64,000 nucleotides of DNA from an uncultured delta proteobacterium (GTDB lineage Bacteria; Desulfobacterota; Binatia; UBA9968). Below are positions 19,837 to 30,903 of the stretch, piece after piece. The position numbers and the translations under genes were made by a program. The notes under the pieces are model-generated. The model worked only from the letters and a program-made list of their open reading frames with translations. It was not told the DNA's origin and made no database searches. Location: positions 1 to 64,000 of the forward strand of contig CAWJBB010000079.1 in NCBI GenBank assembly GCA_963840855.1. The letters run 5' to 3'. The number at the start of each line of letters is the position of its first letter. Within the stretch, counting starts at the first letter, position 1.

Positions 19837-21207
19837 ATGGGAGCGACAGAAAAGCTTGCCGCCTTTGTTGTTGAGTATCCCACCGAGAAAATTCCGAGCC
19901 CCATTCTCCACCTCGGCAAACGCTGCTTGATGAATTTTTTGGCGGTGGCCCTGAATGCCAGCCGCGACCCGTCGCTCGATATTCTCTTGAATTTTTTCCA
20001 GGCCGAGGGAGGCGCGCCGCGGGCTTCCGTGATCGGCCGGAATTTTCGGACAAGCCTGCAAAACGCCACCATGGCTAACGGCTACCTCGGCCATTTTCTC
20101 GATTATGACGACACCCATTATTTGAACATGATCCACGCCTCGTCACCGATTTACCCCGCCTGTTTGGCGGTTGCGGAAACCCACGGCGTGAGCGGCAAAG
20201 AGTTCCTGGCGGCTTACGTGCTAGGCATTGAAGCGGCATGCCGCATCGGTTCCGTGGTGGCGGCGCATTACCGAGAAACCGCCTCTTTCTGGCACATCAC
20301 CAGCATCTGTGGCGTCTTCGGCGCGGCGGCTGCGGCGGGCCGCTTGCTCAAGCTTCAGCCTGAGCCGATGACCTTCGCCTTTGGCATCGCCGCCACTCAA
20401 GCATCCGGTCTAAGGCAAGTATTCGGTTCCATGTGCAAGCCGTTTCACACCGGACATGCCGCGAGAAGCGGCGTCACGGCGGCGCTCCTGGCGCAGGGCG
20501 GCTTTACCTCGACCAAGAACGTTCTTGAAGGCAAGCGCGGCTTTGTCGCAGTGATGGCCAAGGACTACGACCTGGACAAAGCGCTGGAGGGTTTAGGCGA
20601 ACGCTGGGAGCTTCCCCTGGTCGGCATCAAACCGTATCCGTGCGGGGTCGGCAAGCATGGTCTCATCGACGCAATGCTCTGTCTCAGGTCGAAAGACGGC
20701 GTGACGCCGGAAAACGTGGCGAGTATCACCGGCGCGGTGCGCGCTTTCAAAAGTGAGGAAACGCTGCGCCATCCCGCCACCGGCGTGCAGGCAACGTTCT
20801 CGTACCATCATTCGATGGCGGTGGCACTTGTGGACGGCGCCGCGTTCCCGGCCCAGTACAGTGATGAAAAAGCCAACGATCCGTCGATTGCGGCCGTTCG
20901 TGACAAGATCGAGGTCATCGCCGACCCGTCGCTGCCGCGCGGCGTTGTTGCGGCGACGGTGAAACTCAACGATGGCCGGAGCTACAAAGAAGTGCTCGAA
21001 CACCCCACCGGGTCACCCGAGCGACCCATGAGCGATGCCCAAGTCGAGGCCAAGTTTCGCGCCTTGACGGCAGGAGCGCTTGCCACGTCGCGCAGCGAAC
21101 GATTGCTCGAGGCCTGCTGGCAAATCGATCGCCTCGCTGACCTGCGCGATCTTGTGGATTTGTGGCGCGTCGATGGTAACGGCGAACAGATGAGCCAAGT
21201 GGCATAG
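19837..21207 (+). CDS. MmgE/PrpD family protein
   Basis: HFLDYDDTH...IH, KPFHTG.AA..GV.AA and KPYPC...H motifs; AAGGAG RBS. Confidence 0.92.
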   Translation: MGATEKLAAFVVEYPTEKIPSPILHLGKRCLMNFLAVALNASRDPSLDILLNFFQAEGGAPRASVIGRNFRTSLQNATMANGYLGHFLDYDDTHYLNMIHASSPIYPACLAVAETHGVSGKEFLAAYVLGIEAACRIGSVVAAHYRETASFWHITSICGVFGAAAAAGRLLKLQPEPMTFAFGIAATQASGLRQVFGSMCKPFHTGHAARSGVTAALLAQGGFTSTKNVLEGKRGFVAVMAKDYDLDKALEGLGERWELPLVGIKPYPCGVGKHGLIDAMLCLRSKDGVTPENVASITGAVRAFKSEETLRHPATGVQATFSYHHSMAVALVDGAAFPAQYSDEKANDPSIAAVRDKIEVIADPSLPRGVVAATVKLNDGRSYKEVLEHPTGSPERPMSDAQVEAKFRALTAGALATSRSERLLEACWQIDRLADLRDLVDLWRVDGNGEQMSQVA

Positions 21208-21447
21208 AAACGTGCCGGCGCTCAGTTCCTTCGGGATTTTGACCAGGCTGCGCATGAACCTGACTTCTCTCGTCCAATCATTACGCGCTTGCATTTAGAT
21301 TAACCTATCCGATCAACAGAATCCTGGCATAAAAATGATCCTCTCCTCGCCTTGACCGCACTGCTCCAGAATTGATATCAGCAGTGGTCTTGCGGGTTCA
21401 GCCGTGACATAATCCGCGCCACAAATAACCCTTCGGGGAGACCAACC

Positions 21448-23133
21448 ATGAAAAAACAGTTCGACGGCGGCGAAGCCATAGTGGAAGCATTCCGCAAGCT
21501 CGGAGTCGAATACATCTTATCTTCACCGGGGACCGAATGGGCGCCGGTCTGGGAAGCCATGGCCAATCAGATCCACCGGCGCAAGGAGGGCCCCAAGCTC
21601 CTGGATGTGTGGCACGAAACGCTCGCCGTCGACATGGCCGCGGGCTACACGCTGGCCACCGGTCGGATCCAGGGCGTATTGCTGCACGCGGGTTCCGGCC
21701 TGCTGCAGGGCGCCATGGGTATCCACGGCGCCTTCGTCGCCGGGGTCCCGATGGTGGTGATCTCCGGAGAGTCGATGACCTACGGCGAGCAGCCGGAGTT
21801 CGATCCAGGCGCCCAGTGGATCAACAACCTTAGCATCGTAGGCGGAACGACCCACCTGGTCGATTCGATCGTCAAGTATGCCTCGGTCGCGGGCAGCGCC
21901 CACACGCTCTATGAAAGCGTCATCCGCGCCGGCGAGCTGGCGCAGCGGCAACCGACCGGACCCACCTACCTGTCCGTTTCCACGGAAACGCTGATGGATG
22001 CCTGGACGCCTCCGGCCAATCCACGCACGGTTCCGCCCGCGCCGCGCATGCTGACTGCGCCGGAGGACATCGAAAAGCTCGCCGCCCAGATCTCCAAAGC
22101 GAAGCACCCGGTCGTGCTCACCGAGGGCGCCGGCCAGGAGGTCGAGACCTACGAGGCTCTGGTGGCGCTGTGCGAGAGGTTCGCTCTGCCAGTGGTCGAG
22201 AAGCCCGGCGCTCTGTTCGCCAACTTCCCCAAGGATCATCCGCTTTATCAGGGAACCGACATCAAACCGTTCTGGACCGACATGGACCTTGCGATCGTCG
22301 TCCGGGCGCGCGTACCCTGGTATCCGCCGAGCAACCGCCCGCCCAAGGCCGTGATCGCCATGGTGGACGAGGCGCCGCACAACTCGGCCATGGTCTACCA
22401 GAGCCATCAGGCCGACATGTACCTGGAAGGCAATGCGGCACAGACGCTGCGCGATCTGGTCGAAGCCGCCAGGCTGGACAAAGCCACTGTCGACGCAAGA
22501 CGCAAGGAGCTCACTGCTGCGCACGATGCGATGGTCGAGAAAAAGAATGCGGCACAGGCGGCGGCGCGCAAGAAAACACCAATCGATCCGGTGTGGCTGT
22601 GCGCATCGATGAACGCGGTGCTCCCCAAGGATACGATCTATATCGACGAAGTCACCACCCACACCGCCATGCTGCGCCAGCACCTCGTATGGAACCAACC
22701 GCAGAGCCTGTTTACCCGCCAGGGCGGTCTCGGCCAGGGGCTGGGCCTGTCGCTGGGGATCAAGCTGGCGAAGCCGGAACGGCCGGTCGTGACACTGATC
22801 GGCGACGGCGCGTTTCTGTACAACCCGGCGCTCGGCAGCCTCGGCGCGGCGCGCGATTACAACCTTCCGATCATGGCGGTCATCTTCAACAACAAGAAAT
22901 ACGCCGCGATGCAGGGCATGCATCAGAAGATGTATCCGGACGGGATTGCGGTGGAAATCGATCTCTACCACGGCACCCACATCAACACGCCCGACTTCGT
23001 GAAGGTCGCTGAATCCGTTGGCGGCTACGGCGAGCAGGTGACGGATCCGGAAAAGCTCCAGGATGCGCTGAGGCGCGGCCTCGAAGCCAACCGCGGCGGC
23101 AAGCCAGCGATCATCGACGTGGTCGTTGCATAG
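21448..23133 (+). CDS. Thiamine-diphosphate-dependent enzyme (acetolactate synthase/decarboxylase-like)
   Basis: PGTE, catalytic Glu in HE, and GDGA...NN ThDP motif. Confidence 0.9.
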   Translation: MKKQFDGGEAIVEAFRKLGVEYILSSPGTEWAPVWEAMANQIHRRKEGPKLLDVWHETLAVDMAAGYTLATGRIQGVLLHAGSGLLQGAMGIHGAFVAGVPMVVISGESMTYGEQPEFDPGAQWINNLSIVGGTTHLVDSIVKYASVAGSAHTLYESVIRAGELAQRQPTGPTYLSVSTETLMDAWTPPANPRTVPPAPRMLTAPEDIEKLAAQISKAKHPVVLTEGAGQEVETYEALVALCERFALPVVEKPGALFANFPKDHPLYQGTDIKPFWTDMDLAIVVRARVPWYPPSNRPPKAVIAMVDEAPHNSAMVYQSHQADMYLEGNAAQTLRDLVEAARLDKATVDARRKELTAAHDAMVEKKNAAQAAARKKTPIDPVWLCASMNAVLPKDTIYIDEVTTHTAMLRQHLVWNQPQSLFTRQGGLGQGLGLSLGIKLAKPERPVVTLIGDGAFLYNPALGSLGAARDYNLPIMAVIFNNKKYAAMQGMHQKMYPDGIAVEIDLYHGTHINTPDFVKVAESVGGYGEQVTDPEKLQDALRRGLEANRGGKPAIIDVVVA

Positions 23134-23141
23134 ATGAGAGG

Positions 23142-23175
23142 GTAGGGGCGGTTGTTCCGACGGAGCAACCGCCCT
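23142..23175 (+). repeat. GTAG-led palindrome (REP-like, may act as a terminator)
   Basis: GTAG-GGGCGGTTG-ttccgacggag-CAACCGCCC right after the ThDP gene stop. Confidence 0.6.
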
Positions 23176-23258
23176 TCACACGCTCTATCTATCGTGTCGC
23201 AGCCATTGAGGCTTTAACATTTTGAACAAGCGCAGGCCTAACCGACGACGTCGTATCC

Positions 23259-24298
23259 CTAATAACCACAGCGTTCCGCTACAGCTTTGACGCGCTGGTA
23301 CTCCGGCTCCAGTTCTTTTCGCTCTCTGAGTTCCTTGAAAGCTTCCTCGAGCAGGTCCTGTGCGCACACATCTTTGATGGACGGGACGTTGTAATCGAGC
23401 CCGCCAATCTTCTCCTCGTCCGCTAACATCTGCTCGAATCCCGTCGCTTTGCCATCGATGGGAAACGGCATCACCTCCAGGTCATGTGGCGAGCGCCACG
23501 TGACTCTCTCCCGTTCCTCCGGATCCGCACTCCCGTTCAGCAGCCGCCTGTGCAGCTGACAGAGATACTCAAAATTTTTCGGCATATCGCGGCAGAACCA
23601 ATAGCATCGTATCAGCGCTTTGAGAAAGCTCTTGACCAGATCGGGGCGCTCCTCGAGGATTCGTCCAGTAGCAGCGATGATGCGTTCGGGTCGTCCGTCG
23701 GGCCATTGATCCTTAGGTGTGGCAAGGATGTTAAAACCTTCTTCTTGAGATCTTCCGCATCCGAAGACCCGAGCGGGGCACACTCCACTTTTCCGCCCAG
23801 CAATGCATCCAGATGACGCTTCCTGGAAGGTCCGATCCTCACCCACTCCACGTCGCGCTCTAAGTCCAATCCCGCTTTACGTAGGTTAACCTGCAGCGCC
23901 CAGTGGCGAATGCTGTTGTAGTCGCTGATGCCGACCCGCTGGCCCTTTACATCCTGTAGCGATTTGATATGGGGCGGACCAATAATCACACCCGGTCGCT
24001 GGTTTCTCCAGCCGGCGATGATGTAGACGTCTGCGCCCCGCGCGCGCTGGAAAAAGATCGTTCGGGATTGGACGTCGAGAGCGATATCCACTGATCTTTC
24101 CTTCATTCCCTGCGCGATCCCCAACTTCTCCAGGCCGAAAGGGACCATGGGATCCCGAAGGATCTCATAACCCGGTAATCCCTCCGCGGTTTTGAGTCCC
24201 TCGTCGTACAAAAAATTCATCTCGTGGGCCGCCATGATGGGGACGATGTGAAGCGTATGATAACAAGTCGGACCTATTCTGAGTTTTCCGTCTAGCAT
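23259..24298 (-). CDS. NMT1/SsuA/DszB-fold protein copy 1, -1 frameshift near 23740
   Basis: Near-identical to 28959-29999 and 38052-39092; aaccttcttcttg here versus aaccttgcttcttg in the other copies. Confidence 0.8.
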
Positions 24299-24404
24299 AA
24301 TGCCTCCTTAGAGAACTGCCATAGAATCATAAAGGACCTATTTACTTTTCATTCTCTGGCGCCCGCGTGCTCGTAACGTACTTTGAAGTCCACACACCCG
24401 TGCT

Positions 24405-24545
24405 AGCAGCGACCGCATGAACCCGCTCAGAACCGTTTCGTGAACTGGCTCCAGAACCGAGTGGAAGTGATTTGGCATCAGGCAGAAAGCAAAAATCTTG
24501 ACCGAGTGCCGTCCCTTCGCGTCTCGCACTAAAAAAAGCAATGCA
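24405..24545 (-). pseudogene. Internal remnant of a Y1 HUH (RAYT/IS200-like) transposase
   Basis: AKGRHSVKIFAFCLMPNHFHSVLEP...LSGFM with the HUH motif MPNHFH. Confidence 0.8.
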
Positions 24546-24761
24546 CAAGCGCGCTTCTAGCACGATCAAGACAATCTTAGCAATGAAAAAGCCACTTTTT
24601 TCGCCGTGTCGGTTCGGATTCAAAGATTTGGAAGCCTGCCCCGGGCCCGTTTCCGATCTAAAAAATCTTAGCAATAAACAGTCTCCGCTTACCCTTTAGG
24701 GAACTACGGCAAGACCCAGAGCAACAGCGTCCACCGGGGCCCAACGCAGAACGTGCCTCGA

Positions 24762-26533
24762 TCAATTCTGCTGGCCGCTCACGCGCACGATAAAACCCCG
24801 CATGAAAAGGGTCAGCGGAATCAGCACGAGGATCAACAGGACGCCCAGAGACGACGCCATCGGCACTTCGCCGGCTTCCCAGTACTCCCACATGAGAATG
24901 GCAAACACTTGATTTCCCTTGCTCGCCAGCATCAACGGGGCTGAAAACGCGCGCAGGGTGTGCACCGCGACCCAGACCCAGCCGGCCGCAAACGCGGGAA
25001 ACAGGAGCGGCAACGTGATGGCGAAGAGCGTGCGTGTGACCGTCGCGCCGCATACGTAGGCTGCATGCTCAAGCTCTTTGTGGATCTGCACGATCGCGGT
25101 GTTCATCAGGCGCGTTGCGAAAGCGATGTATCCCGCGATCAAAGCCATGGCCACAATCCACACAGTGCCGTAGATGCGCAGTTGATTCAGGGGCGGTGTG
25201 AGATAAGCCATCACGAGGGCCAGCGCAACGACGATGCCGGGAATGGCGTGGGGTAAAAACAAAAAGGTATCCAGGAAAGCTCTCCCACGCACCTGAGTCC
25301 GCACGATCACCCACGAGACCACAAAGGCGAGCACCATGGTGGCCGTGGCGCATATGGCCATCAGCGAGAGGGTGTTCCAAATGACCGAGAAAATGCCGGG
25401 TTGCGAGAAGACCTCGGCGTAGTTTCGCAGCGACACCAAGCTCAAAAACTGCATTGATGGAATGCGATAGCTCGGCAGAAGCGAAGCCCATAAAAGGATC
25501 GCAAAAGGCGCTGCAACCGTGAGCAGAAAATAGACGACGAAAATGCCGAGGGCGGCATAGCGCCACCTTCCCAACGAGATCACGCGCGGTCGATAGCCTT
25601 TGCCCGTGACGGTGGAGAAGCGGTCGGAATAACGCACGGCGCGGCGGTAGCCGATCAAGAGCAGGATCATCAGGACCATGTAGAGCACGCTGAAAGCGGC
25701 TCCCAGGCCGTAGTTTATCGGAGCTTGCATGCGCGTCGTAAAGTAAATCAACGTGCTCAGGAGAAAGATCCCCGCGGGTAGGCCCACCGCCAGCGGCGCC
25801 TCGAACGAATCCATGCTCGAAATGAACGAGTACATGCCGGCGGTCAGAATCGCCGGGAGCAACACAGGCAACGTGACACGAAAAAAGGTGCTTCGACTGC
25901 TGGCTTTGGCCACTCGCGCCGCCTCCTCGAGAGTGGGGTCCATCATGCGAAAAGCGCCCACTAGCATGAGGAAAATCGTTGTGACGCCGCGTAGCCCATC
26001 CAGAAAGATAAGCCCTCCCAGAGAGTAGATGTTCGAGCGGGCCTGCGTTGATGCTGATGCCGATCCATTCCAACGAGTTTCGCAGGACGACGTTGATCAC
26101 GCCGGTCCTCGGCGAAAGGAGGAGCGACCAGCCGAGAGCAAACAAGACCCCGGGTATCGCCATTGGGATCAAAATCAGCGTCCACGCGAGATTCCTGAGC
26201 GGCATGTCGGTGCGCTCGATCAGCCACGCGAACAGGACAGCGATGGCCAAAGTTGATGAATGTACCGACAGCCGAGAGCAAAACCGTCGTCCCCAGGGCT
26301 TCGTAGAACCGGGGCATGGTGTAGGCGGCGATGTAGTTTTGCAAAGTCCAGCCGGCGGGAATTGCCGGATGGCCTAGTTGAAAACTGCTAAGCAGCAAGC
26401 GAACAAGAGGGATCAAGACCAGAAAGAGAAGGAAGGCCGTGATCGCGATGAGAACCGCATGGCTTCGGATTCGGTCCCATGACAGGAGTATCCTTGAATA
26501 GGGGAGCGCGCCCCGAGCCGTTATGATGGACAT
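24762..26533 (-). CDS. ABC permease (FbpB-like, two EAA repeats), frameshifts near 26250 and 26035
   Basis: AWLIERTDMP, DPTLEEAARV, TVTGKGYRP and HKELEHAA motifs; paralog of 44776-46554; two single-base insertions split it over three ORFs. Confidence 0.85.
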
Positions 26534-26663
26534 GTTTTGACTTTATCCGCTATTCACGCAAGAGGTCTGGTGTTCATTGAGCACAGGTCGGTTTATGATT
26601 CCACTTCCTTCTCGACCGAAGTGGGTTGCAATAGAGCGCGCCGTACCCGCACTTGCGCTCTTC

Positions 26664-27704
26664 CTATTTGGCGACGGGAAGACCCCAGGTGGCGATGATC
26701 TTATCGAGCAGCATGGGTTCATACTCCGCGCGGTCCCACCCCTCAAAGATCGGTGTGGCGCCGGATTCTTTGATGAGCTTCGACTTTTCACTCCCTTCAA
26801 TGAAGGGCGAACCTCTGCCGGTCCGATCCAAAGCCTTCTGTCCTTCAGCGGAAGCCAACCAGCCGGCAAGAAGCACAGCGGCGTTCGGGCTCCGGGAGCC
26901 TTTCAGCACTGCCAGCGTCTCTCCCAGAGGGACGGGGACCTCTCGAGGTAGTGCCAGTGCGGCGTTCGCTTTGGGGTCGCGTCTTAACAACGTCTGCAAG
27001 CTCGCATAGTTGGCGCCGCAGATGATGGGGAACTCGCCCACCGCAAGTTGAGTCATAGCCTTTGTTTGGTCCCTAACCCAGATCGGCTGGTTGTTTTTCA
27101 AATCGGCGGCAAACTTCAAGATTCGTTTTTCTCCCCATGCCTTGTATAAGCCGCTCAAAGGCTTGGGCTGCGAATCTACCGCGAGTTTTCCTCTCCAATA
27201 CGGATCGAGACAATCCACCCAATCTTTTGGCACACGAGCCCGCGGGACGAGAGAAGGATTGTACGCAAAGACGCGCAGATTGAAGCCGGCGGCAACGAAG
27301 TGTCCACCCGGACTGAAGTGCACCTCGGGAACATCGGGGAAAAGCTTCCGCCACTCTATAGGACCGGCGATGACTCCTGCTTTCATGAAGTTCTCTTGCA
27401 TCGGCGCGCCAACGTCGAAAACGTCAAATTGGACGACTCCCGCAAGCGCTTCGCTCAAGACCCGCTCCTGAATGCCGGCGCCGCTCGTGTAAGTGGCCTC
27501 GACTTTGATAGTCGGGAATTTTTTTGTAAAACCGTCGAAAAGCCATTTGTCGCGCCCCAACGAGCCGGCAATGCTTACCGCGCCTTCCTTGACTGCCAGC
27601 TTCTCGATTTCTGCCCGGGTCTTACCGATCTTTGTCTGAGAGATTCCCTCTGTTGAGAAAGCCAAAACATAGACGGCAACCACAAAGAGATAAACCGTTA
27701 TCAT
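26664..27704 (-). CDS. ABC extracellular solute-binding protein
   Basis: Signal peptide; AYNPSLV...VPKDW.DCLDPYWRGK and PNAAVLLAGWL motifs. Confidence 0.85.
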   Translation of the reverse strand: MITVYLFVVAVYVLAFSTEGISQTKIGKTRAEIEKLAVKEGAVSIAGSLGRDKWLFDGFTKKFPTIKVEATYTSGAGIQERVLSEALAGVVQFDVFDVGAPMQENFMKAGVIAGPIEWRKLFPDVPEVHFSPGGHFVAAGFNLRVFAYNPSLVPRARVPKDWVDCLDPYWRGKLAVDSQPKPLSGLYKAWGEKRILKFAADLKNNQPIWVRDQTKAMTQLAVGEFPIICGANYASLQTLLRRDPKANAALALPREVPVPLGETLAVLKGSRSPNAAVLLAGWLASAEGQKALDRTGRGSPFIEGSEKSKLIKESGATPIFEGWDRAEYEPMLLDKIIATWGLPVAK

Positions 27705-27780
27705 GGATCACCTCCGTCGTCGCAAAGTCGGCGCGGCAATTTGGAGAGGCCGCCCAGCAAAGCTAGAAGCTCCCTCTGTC

Positions 27781-28848
27781 CTACTTCGAAACGGGAAGGC
27801 CCCAAGCAGCATGAATCTTCGACGTAAGTAGTGGTTCCAGCTCGGCGCGGTCCCACCCCTGGAAAACGGGCTTCGCGCCCGCGGCCTTGATCAGCTTCGA
27901 TGTCGTGGTCCCGTCAGCGGAGGGCGAACCCCTCCCGAGCCGTTCCATCGCCTCTTGTCCTTCTTTGGAAGCAGTCAGCCAGCCGACCAGGAGTACGGCG
28001 GCATTGGGATTCTGAGCGCCCTTCATCAGCGCCATATTTTCGGTCATGGCGACCGGCACGTCGCGCGGTATAGCCAGTGCTACGTTCGCCTTAGGGTCTT
28101 TTCTCAATACCCGCAGCATGCTGTTAGAGTGCGCGCCGCAAAGCATGGAAAATTCGCCCGTCGCGAGCTGGGTGACAGCCTGTGTCTGATTGCTCACCCA
28201 GATGGGCTGGTTGTTCTTTAGCCGCGCAGCGTACTCCAATATCTTTGATTCCCCCCAGGCGTTGTATAAGCCGACAAAAGACCTTGGGGTCGTGTCCACC
28301 GCCATTTTTCCTTTCCAATAAGGATCGAGACAATCGGACCAGTCCTTGGGAATACGCTCCTTGGGCACTAAAGCAGGATTGTAACCGATCACGCGCAAGT
28401 TGAAGCCGAGCGCGTTAAAGAAGCCGTCCGGGCTGATGTGGACCTTGGGAATGCTCGGAAAAAGCTTTTGCCACTCCACGCGTTCGAGGATCTTTTTCTC
28501 GACAAACGCCTTTACCATGCCTCCGGGAACGTCATAGATATCGAATTCGACCAATCCCCCGAGCGCCTCATTCAGGACGCGCTCCGCCCGGCGCGTGCCG
28601 CTGGCCTGGGTATGCTCGACCTTTATCATCGGGTATTTTTGACTGAAGCCTTTCAGGGCCTGTTTGGCGTCTTCGGCACTGAAGGAGTTGGCCATGCGCA
28701 CCTTGCCCTCTTTGGCCGCCAACTTCTCGACCTGTTCCAGCGTATTGCCGACGCGCGTCTGCGAGATTCCGTCTGCAGAAAATCCCGGCAACGCAAACAC
28801 AATGGACGCGAACAACGCTGTCCTGAAATACCGGGTTATTGTCGCCAT
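27781..28848 (-). CDS. ABC extracellular solute-binding protein (tandem paralog of 26664)
   Basis: Signal peptide; GYNPALV...IPKDWSDCLDPYWKGK and PNAAVLLVGWL motifs. Confidence 0.85.
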   Translation of the reverse strand: MATITRYFRTALFASIVFALPGFSADGISQTRVGNTLEQVEKLAAKEGKVRMANSFSAEDAKQALKGFSQKYPMIKVEHTQASGTRRAERVLNEALGGLVEFDIYDVPGGMVKAFVEKKILERVEWQKLFPSIPKVHISPDGFFNALGFNLRVIGYNPALVPKERIPKDWSDCLDPYWKGKMAVDTTPRSFVGLYNAWGESKILEYAARLKNNQPIWVSNQTQAVTQLATGEFSMLCGAHSNSMLRVLRKDPKANVALAIPRDVPVAMTENMALMKGAQNPNAAVLLVGWLTASKEGQEAMERLGRGSPSADGTTTSKLIKAAGAKPVFQGWDRAELEPLLTSKIHAAWGLPVSK

Positions 28849-28958
28849 AACTCACCTGCCTCGCTTCGGTTTGTAAGAACGACGGGCTGCGACTGCGATC
28901 AAGATTGCTTCGCACCGGAAGACGTGCTGCTCGGTACAGCGCAATCTATGATGATTCC

Positions 28959-29999
28959 CTAATAGCCCCAGCGGTCCGCTACAGCTTTGACGCGCTGATA
29001 CTCGGGCTCCAGTTCTTTTCGCTCTCTGAGTTCCTTGAAAGCTTCCTCGACCAGGTCCTGGGCGCACACTTCTTTGACGGCCGGGACATTGTAATCGAGC
29101 CCGCCGATCTTCTCCTCATCCGCTAGCATCTGCTCGAATCCCGTCGCTTTGCCGTCGATGGGAAACGGCATCGCCTCCAGATCACGTGGCGCGCGCCAAG
29201 TGGCTCTCTCCCGTTCCTCCGGGTCCGCGCTCGTGAACAGCAGCCGCCTGTGCAGGTTACGCAGATACTCGAAGTTCTTCGGCATATCACGGGAGAACCA
29301 ATACGACCGTATCAACGCTTTCAGAAAGCTCTTGACCAGATCGGGGCGCTCCTCAAGGATTCGTCCAGTAGCAGCGATGATGCGTTCGGGGCGTCCGTCG
29401 GGATATTGATCCTTGGGTGTGGCAAGGATGTTAAAACCTTGCTTCTTGAGATCTTCCGCATCCGAAGACCCGAGCGGGGCACACTCCACTTTTCCGCCCA
29501 GCAATGCATCCAGATGCCGCTCCCTGGCAGGTCCTATCCGCACCCACTCCACGTCGCGCTCTAAGTCCAATCCCGCTTTACGTAGCTGAATCTGCAGCGC
29601 CCAGTGGCGAATGCTATTGTAGTCGCTGATGCCGACCCGCTGGCCCTTTACATCCTTTAGCGATTTGATATGGGGCGGACCAATGATCACACCGGGTACC
29701 TGGTTTCTCCAGCCGGCGATAATGTAGACGTCTGCGCCCCGCGCGCGCTGGAAAAAGATCGTTCGGGATTGGACGTCCAGAGCGATATCCACTGATCTTT
29801 CCTTCATTCCCTGCGCTATCCCGAGCTTCTCCAGACCAAAAGGGACCATGGGATCCCGAAGGATCTCATAACCCTGAAATCCGTCCGCGGTTTTGAGTCC
29901 CTCGTCGTACAAAAAATTCATCTCGTGAGCCGCCATGATGGGGACGATGTGAAGCGTATGATAACAAGTCGGACCTATTCTGAGTTTTCCGTCTAGCAT
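28959..29999 (-). CDS. NMT1/SsuA/DszB-fold protein copy 2 (intact, no signal peptide)
   Basis: IKSLKDVKGQRVGI, LRKAGLDLERDVEWV.IG and ERPDLVKSFLKAL motifs; GGAGG RBS before MLDGK. Confidence 0.8.
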   Translation of the reverse strand: MLDGKLRIGPTCYHTLHIVPIMAAHEMNFLYDEGLKTADGFQGYEILRDPMVPFGLEKLGIAQGMKERSVDIALDVQSRTIFFQRARGADVYIIAGWRNQVPGVIIGPPHIKSLKDVKGQRVGISDYNSIRHWALQIQLRKAGLDLERDVEWVRIGPARERHLDALLGGKVECAPLGSSDAEDLKKQGFNILATPKDQYPDGRPERIIAATGRILEERPDLVKSFLKALIRSYWFSRDMPKNFEYLRNLHRRLLFTSADPEERERATWRAPRDLEAMPFPIDGKATGFEQMLADEEKIGGLDYNVPAVKEVCAQDLVEEAFKELRERKELEPEYQRVKAVADRWGY

Positions 30000-30158
30000 A
30001 ATGCCTCCTTCGAGAACTGCCATACAATCATAAAGGACCTATTTTCTTTTCATTTCTCTGGCGCCCGCGTGCTCGCAACGTACTTTGAAGTCCATACACC
30101 AGTGTCAGCAGCACTGCATCGCTCATTCAAGCCGAATCACAATTTGTCGTCCTCTTTG

Positions 30159-30725
30159 TCATGAACCGATGGTTACCGGCACTTTGCGCCCGTTCAAAAT
30201 TAGGTGCGCCACGACTTCGACGGGCTGGCGCAGCGTGTTCGTTGCGTAACAGGAACGTTCCATGAATTCCACAAGCTCAACAACTCGTTCTTCTTTTTCC
30301 AGACTCTGCAGGTCGAGTTCGTACGTGAAACGGCGGCAGGCTGAAGGAACATCGGTGAGACCAAATTTGCCTCTCTGGTCGAATTCTCCCTTTACCGTAA
30401 GCTCCGCCTTGTCGATCCGCACGCCGAGATATGACGCACACTGCGTCAACTGGCTCAGCAGTCAAAGGCCGACCGAGGAGACCAGATATTGGAGGGGCGC
30501 GGGGCCCTTGCCCGTCCCTCCCCGCTCCGCCGGCTCGTCGCACCCGATGACGTAGCCGCCGGGGACCTTGGCTTCCTTGTAGTGGTCCCGGATCAAGCGG
30601 ATCGTCGCCTGATGCGTCGTCACCGCTTTGTCCGGATCCTTCAGGAAAGCCTGCCGTCGTTTTTCAAAGATCTCCTTGTGATGCTCATAGTCTATCGTAC
30701 AACAGCTCTCTTCCTTCTCATCCAT
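30159..30725 (-). CDS. OsmC-family peroxiredoxin-like protein, probable selenoprotein (in-frame UGA at 30462-30464)
   Basis: ORFs 30462-30734 and 30159-30449 are in the same frame: DEPAERGGTGKGPAPLQYLVSSVGL-[TGA]-LLSQLTQCA...ERSCYATNTL; the UGA falls at the OsmC catalytic Cys; GAGGTG RBS before ATG 30725. Confidence 0.85.
30423..30459 (-). promoter_or_regulatory. Bacterial SECIS-like hairpin
   Basis: Starts 2 nt after the UGA: GCUGAG-ccagu-UGACGCA-gug-UGCGUCA-uau-CUCGGC (6-bp lower stem with one GU pair, perfect 7-bp upper stem, G in the apical loop). Confidence 0.75.
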
Positions 30726-30903
30726 TTGATTCACCTCTTTCGTCCTTCTAGTAGAGTCGGTACCGTCTTACTGCGTCACATTTTCTCACCCCGACGGAGT
30801 CGCTGGGTCACCCGCATGATAAAACGCCCCCGCATATTCCACCCTCGGTTTTCGCGCCGGTTCACCGCTCTGATCCGTACCAAACATTGAACGTTGAACC
30901 AGA

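Noticed and set aside
21324-21340. Sigma-54 promoter upstream of the ThDP enzyme (TGGCATAAAAATGAT)
   Set aside because: The invariant -12 GC is absent.
21523-22980. Long antisense and alternate-frame ORFs (for example 21523-22980, 53481-54944, 11822-12913, 45047-46114, 2792-3634)
   Set aside because: Shadow ORFs of well-supported genes in GC-rich DNA, with no recognisable motifs.
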